Shown here in pieces: positions 1 to 9,269 of a stretch of 64,000 bases of DNA. Where the stretch lies: positions 25,606,001 to 25,670,000 of the forward strand of contig OX597814.1 in NCBI GenBank assembly GCA_951406725.2, written 5' to 3'. The stretch is from Octopus vulgaris (lineage: Eukaryota). Positions within the stretch are counted from its first letter, which is position 1, and every line of letters starts with the position of its first letter. The position numbers were made by a program, and so were the translations under genes. Under the pieces are notes generated by a model, which was not told the DNA's origin, made no database searches, and saw nothing but the letters and a program-made list of their open reading frames with translations.

Positions 1-23
1 ATTATAAGTACTCAAATAAACAG

Positions 24-57
<34 letters not shown>

Positions 58-1355
58 CCGTGCATGTGTGTGTATGTGTTTATGTCTGTGTGTTTAATGA
101 GAAACAAATATCCTCTTTTGTTTAAATCACATTCAATGTTTTCTTTACAACCTGGAAGAATAATTCTGTATTAAACTATCAGTTTTATAAGCACAAAACA
201 GTTCTACATATGCATCAGCCTTGTTATAAAGTTAACAAGAGTATTTTATTGAGATTGATGAATCATTATGAATCAGCCTTCTCTGTAGAAATATATATCT
301 ACTTCTCTCATAGAAACCCTAAAAGGATTTTAAAAAATATTATTTTCTATATAATTATGAATAAGAGAAGTTTTAAAAAATCCACATTTCTCCTGAGGGC
401 CTGAAAATTTTGATGCTTTAACTTTAAAATATTGAGCTTATGCATTTCATATATTATCAATAAATAATAATATCAACAACAGCAATGATGATGATGATGA
501 TGATGACAACAGCAACAATAAATGAAGCATTATTCAACCAAGTGTTGCTTCATGAAAATATTTATAAGAAAAGAAAATTCCTCAATAACAAAAGGAAAAA
601 AGAAAAGAAAGAATTTTTGGGGGTATAAGAGTCTCAATAAAAACCTTTCTTTCCATTCGCTATTTTTATAGTGTCAAAATTGAATGTTCTTTATGGTAAA
701 GGACGAGTCAGAGAAGCATTACAGACAAAAAATAAAATAAAATAAAACAATTAATAAAAGAGTTGTTTGAGTATAGTTTTTCTGATCCTTTGAATTGATA
801 TGAAAATAACATACACTCTAAGGCTTAACAGTTATGTTTCAGACCCTTTTATCACAACACACTTTTTACATTCTACCTACATTTTTCTTTGCCTCTCATA
901 CTTTTGGGAGTATTTTTTTATTATATTGATCACACTTTATACCAAGTTTACTTTAAATGATTTTGTTAAACAAGTGGGGGAATATGTATATATTTCACAC
1001 GTATTTATTTTTTATTTTCACAAAAGTGTTAATTCAGATTCCCTTGCCTGCAAGGTATGTCTTATTTGGTCAGCCATTTTAACATTTCAATGCAGTGAGT
1101 GCTATCAATTAGTGCAGAAATGCATCTGACGAATTCAACAAAAGACCAAAATAGCTATTAGAGCTTTCAAGTGAAAAAATATTCAAACGTCAGAGTGACT
1201 CATAAAACCACATTGATCTTAAGATGAATAAAACTTTTAATCTAAAATACTAGAATGTCTTATGGAAATATCAGATACTCAAAGAACATTTAAATGAATT
1301 TTTTGTGAATATCTTTTTAAGGGTAAGTTTTATTATGAACATATTAAATATGAAT

Positions 1356-1422
<67 letters not shown>

Positions 1423-1511
1423 TACATATACACACAAACATGTATATATATATCATCATCATCATCATCATCGTTTACTGTCCACCTTCCATGCTAGCAT
1501 GTTTATGTATG

Positions 1512-1542
<31 letters not shown>

Positions 1543-1583
1543 TGCATGTGTGAGTGGGTGTGCGTCTGTCTGTCTGTAATAAC

Positions 1584-1860
1584 TGTGATAGATGTGGTGA
1601 AAAGGAGCGTAACAGAACAAGGAAAAGAATTAGAAGTGTAATTTGGTCTTACCTGTAGAGATGAAGCCGGATTCACCTTGAGCCAACTTGCTAGCGTCTT
1701 GTCGTCTTGGCGTCGTTCTCGAGTCTGACTGCCCTCGTCGATGCCGCACGTGCGTTCTGTCGCTGACTTCCGCTTCCGCCGGCGCATGCGCCCTGCGAGA
1801 CCTGCAAGACCCACTTCCGCTCCCTCCCTCTCTGTCACACTCCCTCATCACCACACCACA
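1584..1860 (-). repeat. 3' LTR
   Basis: Copy of 4492-4768, immediately preceded on minus by the purine tract AGGGGGG. Confidence 0.96.
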
Positions 1861-1867
1861 CCCCCCT
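1861..1867 (-). promoter_or_regulatory. Polypurine tract
   Basis: AGGGGGG directly 5' of the 3' LTR on minus. Confidence 0.8.
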
Positions 1868-1894
1868 GATCTATAGATCACTGAACCGGCTTCC

Positions 1895-4201
1895 TCACTC
1901 GCTCCCGCACCTGAAACTGGTTTCGTAGTCAGCCAACCAGGGAGGAGGGTGCCGCTCCCTCTGTGGTCGCAGTGCGACCCTAGGACTTGTTTCTGGCGTG
2001 TTGCTGCCGACCTCGTCATCCTGTCTGTTGTTATCGTCTTGCCCACTGTTGCTCGTCCCATCCTCCGGGGCATGGACAATCCTCCGTATGTCCAAAACGT
2101 GGCGTGGCATACCATCTACCGAGATGTTGTTCTTTGAATTTACGGAGGTTATTGTCCCCTTTCCCCATTGCGATGTACACCGTGCGTTCGGGGGTTTCAC
2201 CCAGACTTCCTCCCCGACCTGCACGAAGGCGTGCTCTTCCTCTGCCCCGGGTCGCATTGATGCAGTACACGGATGCCTCCACTCGTACCTGAATATTGCC
2301 CTGTGTGGCACCGACTCCTCGGCCTGTCCTGATCTGGGCGACATGTTGTACCAAAACACGGCCTCGACTGGTGAAATGTGACCCCTCTCAGCCATGGCCT
2401 TGATGGTACGATGATGCCTTTCCACCACCCCGTTTCCACTTGGCCGGTATGCCGCCCTGAAGAAGCGGTTGACCTTCCACTCATCAAGCATTTCTCTCAG
2501 CGCCTCCGAGCGAAATGCAGTGCCGTTGTCCAGAAGCAGTTCATCCACGGGGCCTCGTTCCAGGAATATCTCGTTCAGCACTTTCGCAATTTCTTCTGCG
2601 GTTCCTGACCTCATCTCCCTCCATATGGCGAACCGCCCCGGTCCGCAGTCAACCATTGAGAGGTATGTCCCCTGCCGGTAGTGTGTTATGTCCACCGCCA
2701 GTCGTCTCCAGTCCTGGTCCACTGGAATACTTCCCGCTTCATGCACGACCGGAGCAGGGTCGATGGACTGGCACCTGTCGCAACTGCTAACCACTCTCCG
2801 CACGCTCTGTCTTGTTACGTCGGAGTCGACTTTTCTGGCCAGGAACAACGTCCTGTCCACACCCATGTGATGCATGGTGTGCAGTCTCCGCAACTCCGAG
2901 TCGCTCAGATGGCATACTGCAGCTACATCCTGCTTCGCGTCCTCTGGCACTTGCAACCAGGCTCGCTTAACCCTGGTCAGGACGTCTGCCCTGTTCTTCT
3001 CGGAAGGCACAAAGATCACGCTCAGCTTCAGATTGAACTCAGTGGTCAGTTCACGCAGTATCCCCAATCGACGCTTTACCAGCATCTCTGCAGCCCCTTT
3101 GGTCCGCACCCTCCGCTCATCGGTGATGACTGCCGTCGCCCAACCAAGTACAGTGGCTGAATCAGTCCTGATTTCTATGGTGTGCAACCCCCACTTCAAG
3201 GCTAGGTTCACCCCCTTCAGCACGGCTTCCAACTCCGCCACGTTGATGTGACTGCAGTCATCCATCTTCCTGAGCCAGGCTGCATCTTCCACCGTGACAC
3301 CTCCCACTTCCAAGACAATCCCTATTGCGATGCTACTGGCGTCACACCATACGATCCCGCTCTTTGATTTGGGAACGTACCAGCTGCCCCTCACCGGGTC
3401 CTCTGCTCTTACTCTGACCAGGACTTCCTGCATCATGTCGATCGTCCTCTCCCCCACTTTGTCATTCCACTTCACTCCTTCGGCTCGTCTCTTGATGAAG
3501 CTGCATGCTGTCCGGAGCCAGCCTGCAATCGGGTAGTGTCCCACCAGCTTCCCACACACAGAGAACAGCTCCCGTCTACTCATGCTGGCGCCCAGTTCAG
3601 GGATCTCATTCCCTCGCCGGAACACCAGGGCGCCGGCTTTGTCTCTCCATAGCTTGAGGCCCAGTGCAGCACCTCCCTCCATAGCCTCTGGCGGCTTGGC
3701 GATCAGTCCAAAACTCTTCAGGTGGCCTATGACCTCCGTTGCTGGTATCACGGTTTCATCCACCAGAATGTCGTCGATGTATGAATTGGTGGCCCTTTTT
3801 ACTCTGTCCACCTTCCCCAGGACGGCCTTGAGAATTGTTGCCATAATCTTCGGAGCTGAATTCAGCCCGAATCCCAACCTGGTCAGACAGTACGTCCGGC
3901 CCCTATACCTGACGAGCTGGTACCTCCATAGTTTCTCAGCCACATGAACCTGAAGGTATGCCGACTTCAAATCGACAATCGTGGAGGCCCCCGCCGTCTG
4001 CCTCCACTCTCGCAAGGTGTCTCCGCAGACATCCGTGGCCTCGCCGCCTGTATGACACGACACGTGGTCATTCAGCTCTCGGAAGTCGAGCACTGGCCTG
4101 ACCTTACGCTTTGTGGGCTGTATCACCGCCATCAGTGGCAGGACTCCGCTCTCTTCTTTTTCCCAGGGGATCAGTATGCCCTCCTTAATCCACCGCTCCA
4201 C
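1895..4201 (-). CDS. pol: Pol remnant ORF: reverse transcriptase, RNase H, integrase
   Basis: RT motifs RPVLDFRELN, DLKSAYLQ, RLGFGLNSAP, YIDD. RNase H motifs CDASS, AELEAV, TDS, NRAD. Integrase HHCC (HTMHHMG...CDRC) and DDE (AVDIT, LDNG, VERHH). C-terminal tail RPQRERHPPPWLADY. The ORF start is only apparent: an in-frame TAG lies at 4208-4210. Confidence 0.95.
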   Translation of the reverse strand: MERWIKEGILIPWEKEESGVLPLMAVIQPTKRKVRPVLDFRELNDHVSCHTGGEATDVCGDTLREWRQTAGASTIVDLKSAYLQVHVAEKLWRYQLVRYRGRTYCLTRLGFGLNSAPKIMATILKAVLGKVDRVKRATNSYIDDILVDETVIPATEVIGHLKSFGLIAKPPEAMEGGAALGLKLWRDKAGALVFRRGNEIPELGASMSRRELFSVCGKLVGHYPIAGWLRTACSFIKRRAEGVKWNDKVGERTIDMMQEVLVRVRAEDPVRGSWYVPKSKSGIVWCDASSIAIGIVLEVGGVTVEDAAWLRKMDDCSHINVAELEAVLKGVNLALKWGLHTIEIRTDSATVLGWATAVITDERRVRTKGAAEMLVKRRLGILRELTTEFNLKLSVIFVPSEKNRADVLTRVKRAWLQVPEDAKQDVAAVCHLSDSELRRLHTMHHMGVDRTLFLARKVDSDVTRQSVRRVVSSCDRCQSIDPAPVVHEAGSIPVDQDWRRLAVDITHYRQGTYLSMVDCGPGRFAIWREMRSGTAEEIAKVLNEIFLERGPVDELLLDNGTAFRSEALREMLDEWKVNRFFRAAYRPSGNGVVERHHRTIKAMAERGHISPVEAVFWYNMSPRSGQAEESVPHRAIFRYEWRHPCTASMRPGAEEEHAFVQVGEEVWVKPPNARCTSQWGKGTITSVNSKNNISVDGMPRHVLDIRRIVHAPEDGTSNSGQDDNNRQDDEVGSNTPETSPRVALRPQRERHPPPWLADYETSFRCGSE

Positions 4202-4475
4202 CTCCCCCTAGAACTCACTTCTGGCATCTCCTTTTAGAGTATGCTGATAGCAGCCCACTTTGTTCTTTAACATCGGGGCTCTCCCTTCCAGTGCCACTCC
4301 ACTGTCCACCTCTCGCCATCAAAGACAGCCCGAAAATCCTGGTCTTCAATGGTGTGCGCCGCATCCATTTCCTCACGGTCGTCGTCGGTGCGTGGTGTCG
4401 CCCTACACGGCTTCCCTGCTAGCCCAAACGTTACGCCAGCCTCGTTGACGGTAACACCTCCCAGACGGGTGATTA
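4202..4475 (-). pseudogene. Disrupted protease C-terminus and PR-RT linker
   Basis: IITRLGGVTV...FDGERWTVEWHWKGEP, then a 1-nt frameshift in the C-run at 4275-4278 to PMLKNKVGCY...EF*GEVERW. Confidence 0.8.
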
Positions 4476-4479
4476 TTTT

Positions 4480-4491
4480 GCCGAAATAGCT
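4480..4491 (-). promoter_or_regulatory. Non-canonical primer-binding site complementary to tRNA-Phe(GAA) nt 1-12
   Basis: Plus strand GCCGAAATAGCT equals the first 12 nt of metazoan cytosolic tRNA-Phe (recalled sequence GCCGAAATAGCTCAGTTGGG). It abuts the 5' LTR with no spacer. Confidence 0.8.
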
Positions 4492-4768
4492 TGTGATAGA
4501 TGTGGTGAAAAGGAGCGTAACAGAACAAGGAAAAGAATTAGAAGTGTAATTTGGTCTTACCTGTAGAGATGAAGCCGGATTCGCCTTGAGCCAACTTGCT
4601 AGCGTCTTGTCGTCTTGGCGTCGTTCTCGAGTCTGACTGCCCTCGTCGATGCCGCACGTGCGTTCTGTCGCTGACTTCCGCTTCCGCCGGCGCATGCGCC
4701 CTGCGAGACCTGCAAGACCCACTTCCGCTCCCTCCCTCTCTGTCACACTCCCTCATCACCACACCACA
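4492..4768 (-). repeat. 5' LTR
   Basis: Reads TGTGGTGTGG...TATCACA on minus and lies upstream of the pol ORF. Confidence 0.96.
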
Positions 4769-4987
4769 ATAACTTTAACATGTATTAACACCAGACTTCT
4801 CTTTTTCCACTGATGGTTACTTCTTTCACGTCATGGAACTTTCAGATTTCAAAGTACTGAATCTTGTATGAATATTTATTGTAGTAGCTAGACATAAATT
4901 TGTGTTGTTTCCAGTACATTTGGATTATTTACTGAACAGGTATTATTTTTATCTCTAATTATTGAGCACATCCACACACACACACAC

Positions 4988-5032
<45 letters not shown>

Positions 5033-5033
<1 letters not shown>

Positions 5034-5187
5034 TTGTAAATTAAAGGTATCATTGGTTTCATGTTAAGAGAAATAGGAAAATATTCTAGTGTCTTAACAA
5101 TTTACAAGCCGATCAAATATTGTTAAAACTCTAAGATATTTTTCTACTTCCCCTAACATGAAACCAATGGTAGCCTTAATTCACAAA
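5033..5187. repeat. Imperfect ~155-bp inverted repeat next to (TA)n, probably Penelope-derived
   Basis: The arm tttgtaaattaaaggtatcattggtttcatgtta... pairs with ...taacatgaaaccaatggtagccttaattcacaaa. Confidence 0.7.
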
Positions 5188-5717
5188 TAAAGAAATTATA
5201 TCCACCAATGAAGTGTTGAGTACTCACATTCATCGTTTAGCGTATATATATATATATAAGATATAGTATTGTACTTATATTGACAAGCCAACACTTTAAA
5301 TTCTGAAGTCCAATATAGAAAATTATTTCAAAATCTGTACATGAAGATAATGTTTCTTCCAGTGTAATTAGTTATCAATAAGATTAATAAATTTGTTTAT
5401 GACCAGTAGATGGATCTCAGTAGCCTCCCACACAGCTTTCAGAAGGTTAATTTTTGACAGTGGAAACCTTCCATTCTGTGGCTTCTGAGTGGGGAAACTT
5501 TTACAGCACTATATGATGAGAGCTCACTGATTTAGTGTTAATAGAAAAAAGGTCAGTCTCGTCCGCTCGGCACCTGGACTTTAGAGTTAGTGTGTTGGAT
5601 TTTTGGTCCTTAAAAGATTGCTATTACATTCCGTGTGGTTCCTGCCTTTTTTTTTTTTCGATTATATTGTTATTACGCTGTTGCCGTGTATTTATTTATC
5701 CCTAAGAATATTACATC

Positions 5718-5730
5718 TGGCGACTAGGAT
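5718..5730 (+). promoter_or_regulatory. Canonical PBS, tRNA-Ser(GCU)-type
   Basis: TGGCGACTAGGAT, 2 nt after the LTR end. 12/13 match to TGGCGACGAGGAT, the complement of the recalled tRNA-Ser(GCU) 3' end. Confidence 0.7.
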
Positions 5731-6017
5731 CGTTCGAAACTCACATTGGTTATTTGACAATTCTTCGTCATGGAAAACCTATTAGCCGCAATAGTACAGC
5801 TTCAAGAGAAGCAACAGGAACAACTACAGGAGTTTCAAAAACAAATACTACAACAACAACAACAACAATTAATTAAGTTATAGTCGGCGAAGTCCGAAAA
5901 TCCAGTAAGCTTGTTTACGCCAGACGGCGTGGCTAACGCATTTTCTGAATTTACGTATAATCTGGAGGAGGTATTACGAGGAGGTATTACGTTTCCCGCG
6001 TATTATAGAAAAAGCGA

Positions 6018-6405
6018 ATGGAGGCGCAATGGCCCAGTGGTTAGGGCAGCGGACTCGCGGTCATAGGATCGCGGTTTCGATTCCCAGACCGGGCGTTGTG
6101 AGTGTTTATTGAGCGAAAACACCTAAAGCTCCACGAGGCTCCGGCAGGGATGGTGGTGATCCCTGCTGTACTCTTTCACCACAACTTTCTCTCACTCTTA
6201 CTTCCTGTTTCTGTTGTACCTGTATTTCAAAGGGCCGGCCTTGTCACTCTCTGTGTCACGCTGAATATCCCCGAGAACTACGTTAAGGGTACACGTGTCT
6301 GTGGAGTGCTCAGCCACTTACACGTTAATTTCACGAGCAGGCTGTTCCGTTGATTCGGATCAACCGGAACCCTCGTCGTCGTAACCGACGGAGTGCTTCC
6401 CATCC
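6018..6405 (+). mobile_element. Full-length young tRNA-derived SINE (family A)
   Basis: A box TGGCCCAGTGG and B box GTTTCGATTCC. 11-bp TSD AGAAAAAGCGA at 6007-6017 and 6406-6416. Confidence 0.93.
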
Positions 6406-6583
6406 AGAAAAAGCGAGGAAATTTTTAACAACGAGTGCAAGTCATGGTCGGAAGAACAGAAAGTAAGGCTTTTACTACGCACGGTAGTTCCTGCGTTACT
6501 GTAACTTTATTCTGACAAAAAAGTCGAGTGAGATTGGTTTCCATGAAATCGTGAAACTGCTTTCAAAAACATTTTATGATAAA

Positions 6584-7671
6584 CTAGCAGTATCACCCGG
6601 TGTTGCTTGGGTTTGTTTCGACCCTTTACAATTGGAATTTTTGAAAAGTAAAAATTTTGCATTATGCAACATGTTATTCTCTTCAAGTGAACATTTTTCC
6701 AGTTGAAATACACCGAAAAATGGTGACACAGCAGTCAAAACTCGTAAAAAGTAGGGATTTTCATAGAAAAACAGCACCTTTTTGATGTAAATAATTTTTG
6801 GTGTTAACATGGTCTGATTTGAATTTTATCTTCTACAGAATGAAGAGCAAGCCTTCTTCTATTATACTCTCAATTTTGGTCAACTTGCGCTGCAGTGTCT
6901 CGAAGGAGATAGTGTTAGTTGAAGGCTGTCAAACCTGCCACACACAGACAACTTCAGCTTTATATATATAGATTTGCTACACACTACTTTCCATCCTTAA
7001 TAATGAAACTTGGTAGATCCAAAAGTTAAACACACAGACACACACACAGATACACAAGTTGAGTTTTATATATATATAGATTTCTCAACGGGGATTTCAG
7101 GGGAGAGTTTCAGGGAGTCGCTGGCGATGTATCGTGATGATCAAAGATCCGGCCTGCTAAAATTTGGTTAAAGTGATTCAAACTGCAGACTCAACGCAAA
7201 ATGGTCACATTTAATTCAAAGAGTTAAAAATGTTATGAAAACAATTGGTATGTGTTCACAAAGTCCAAACGATTAATACAAAAAAACCCTCCAGGCTACA
7301 TCCCGAAAATTCATTTCTTTGCTGAATTTCTACAATGTTTACGGCGATTCATTTTTATATCTTGATATTTTATTTTTCATGCAATTTACGCATGCTTGCA
7401 CGCGTGGTGAACACAGTTCACGTCAAACAGCTGACTGGGTAAAGTTCCCTATTCAATGCATGGGATAAGGCCTAAACAAACACATTATCGATTCTTGCAC
7501 TTGTGAGATGAATTTCGGAACAGAAATAGCGCAGTTCAATTTTCATTCGCCTAAACTTTAAGTGACCCATTTTTGGTGGTTCTACGATTTGTTGGCTAGG
7601 AGGAGATGTGCCGGGAAGTTAAACACACAGATACACACACAGGCACACATGTTGAGTTTTATATATATAGA
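6584..7671 (-). mobile_element. Composite non-autonomous Helitron inserted in gag
   Basis: Minus-strand 3' end CCCAAGCAACACCGGG hairpin followed by CTAG. TCTATATATATAAA-type 5' ends at 7671, 7080 and 6972. No TSD. Confidence 0.75.
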
Positions 7672-8591
7672 AGTTCATTATTGAACACCAGAATGGCGTG
7701 TTGGAACTTAACAAAAAATGAGGAAGAGGATTTTATCACATACGCCGGAGTAGTCAACCGTATGTGAGAAAATTTCAAATTCCAGTATCACACTCAGGAA
7801 ATGTTCAAATCACTTACCTTCGTGCAAGGACTTATAACACTCGAAGATAGAGAAACTCGGACAAGGATTCTATCGAAAATAGAGCAAGCGAACCAGGATT
7901 TATCTCTACAGACCATCGCAGAAGAATGTCAGACTATGGTAAATCTTAAATATGATGTGAAAAAAATACGAGATGAAGACTCTGCAAAACTTCAAATATA
8001 TCGTCCCGTGAAGCACAATAAACAAAAAGTGTCAGGCCCCAATCCGTGTTATGGTTGTGGAGGCCTCCACTACAAAGAGGATTGTCCTTTTAAAAACAAA
8101 AGTACAATAGTTTCAGAAGAAGGGATACAGGAGTTCTCATTGTAGAACAAGAGTACGAGGCTCAAACATAAAAAGTTCTAAGGTGTTTTCAGAGGAAAGT
8201 GATTGCGACGGAAAAACAAGAAAATTCGGGCACATAAAAATAAATGAGGTGAATACCAAATTGCAGTTAGACACAGGCAGTGACATCTCGATTATAAATG
8301 CGGATACTTGGCAAAATATTGGTAAACTGGGATTACGTAAAACAGCGAAAATAGCGCGTGGTGTAATGGACGATAAATTACATTTCATGAGCAAGACATG
8401 TATCGACGTCACATTTTGAGGAGAGACACGCGAAGAAAAATTATTCGTTGTGGATAATACAATCAATACGGTAGCACAGACTGGTTAGAAATATTCGATT
8501 TATGGCACCTCCTCATAAATCTTCACTGCAATAACATTAATGGTTGTCCCGTTAAAAACAAGTCTTCGGAAGAAATAAAGAAAAGAATATG

Positions 8592-8627
<36 letters not shown>

Positions 8628-8628
<1 letters not shown>

Positions 8629-9140
8629 GATTATATTTCTGTTAAAAGCCAAAACAATGCATTTTATAAATATTAAATACCAGATAGTTTTATCTGGTAT
8701 TTCAATATTTCAGAGTTAGAACCTCTTCCTCAAGAAATCTTTAGAAAGTAGTTGATTTTCATTGACTTCTCTGTCCTGTAGTGTGTGTGTATTTAACAGG
8801 CGTTGCTATAGTAACCAATTGGCCGCGTGAGACTCTGATCTACTATTGGTGCACACTGTATATTTCTTAATTAAAAGAGCTTCTTTAATTCTCAAGATCC
8901 TAATGTTTCTTTCTGTAGCTTCAGTGTAAACTCGGATGTTTTGGGTGTGGCATTTCTGTAGACGTATTTGTCAAAAGAAGCATTTGCATAGTGGTCCTCT
9001 TCAATCCGCATGGGTAACGTGAGTCCGATGGCACTTCTGATGTAGAATTCGCTGCATTCACTACATGTGATTCTATACACCATGCAGGAACTTATATTCA
9101 GGACATATATCATCAGTTTTTGGTCAGGCAGTTCAGCAGT
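8628..9140 (-). mobile_element. Penelope-like element 3' fragment with GIY-YIG endonuclease remnant and decayed hammerhead
   Basis: ORF 8892-9113 VYRITCSECSEFYIRS...MRIEEDH fits the GIY-YIG pattern. Hammerhead-like motif at 8699-8738. Adjacent to (TA)n. Confidence 0.75.
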
Positions 9141-9269
9141 ATATATATGGTGTTGTTTTCGGGGTTGTTTTTAGGAATATAAGCAGCCAAAATGGGATTC
9201 CTAAAAAAAATATCCTGGCAAACACTTCACGACAGGATGCATGGCTCGGAGATCAGAGTGTCCTCCCTG

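Larger units (their letters stand above)
1584..4768 (-). mobile_element. Young Ty3/Gypsy-type LTR retrotransposon, internally deleted (gag and most of protease missing)
   Basis: Two 277-bp direct repeats (1584-1860, 4492-4768) with TG...CA ends and one mismatch (1675 A vs 4583 G). 5-bp TSD ATAAC at 1579-1583 and 4769-4773. Internal RT-RH-IN order is Gypsy-type. Confidence 0.97.
5536..8590 (+). mobile_element. Old, 3'-truncated Gypsy (Mag/K02A2.6-like) LTR element: 5' LTR, PBS, gag, protease
   Basis: LTR-like end TATTACA at 5715 (left boundary approximate), followed by a PBS at 5718-5730. Gag fragments FSEFTYN, EQKVRLLLR, FVQGL, RTRILSKIE; Zn knuckle CYGCGGLHYKEDC; protease QLDTGSDISII. Confidence 0.85.
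5770..8590 (+). pseudogene. gag: gag-protease pseudogene with stops, frameshifts and two nested insertions
   Basis: ATG at 5770 (MENLLAAIVQLQEKQQ...). Reading frame resumes across the SINE (YRKSE) and the Helitron (FYDK|SSL). Includes ORFs 7801-8145 and 8183-8419. Confidence 0.8.

Noticed and set aside
1949-4448. Many plus-strand and alternate-frame ORFs over pol
   Set aside because: Shadow ORFs of a GC-rich coding strand; no motifs.
4267-4746. 159-aa ORF as gag
   Set aside because: It runs through LTR sequence into the protease tail only because of the deletion; no Gag features.
4480-4768. Tf1-type self-priming for the young LTR element
   Set aside because: The PBS complement GCCGAAATAGCT does not occur in the LTR sense strand; it matches the tRNA-Phe 5' end instead.
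6019-6095. tRNA gene
   Set aside because: The A/B boxes belong to a SINE head followed by a repeat body and TSDs; the same applies at 35650-35723, 41965-42040 and 54270.
6102-6353. ORF repeated at 41704-41956 and 51832-52055 as a gene family
   Set aside because: It lies within non-coding SINE copies.
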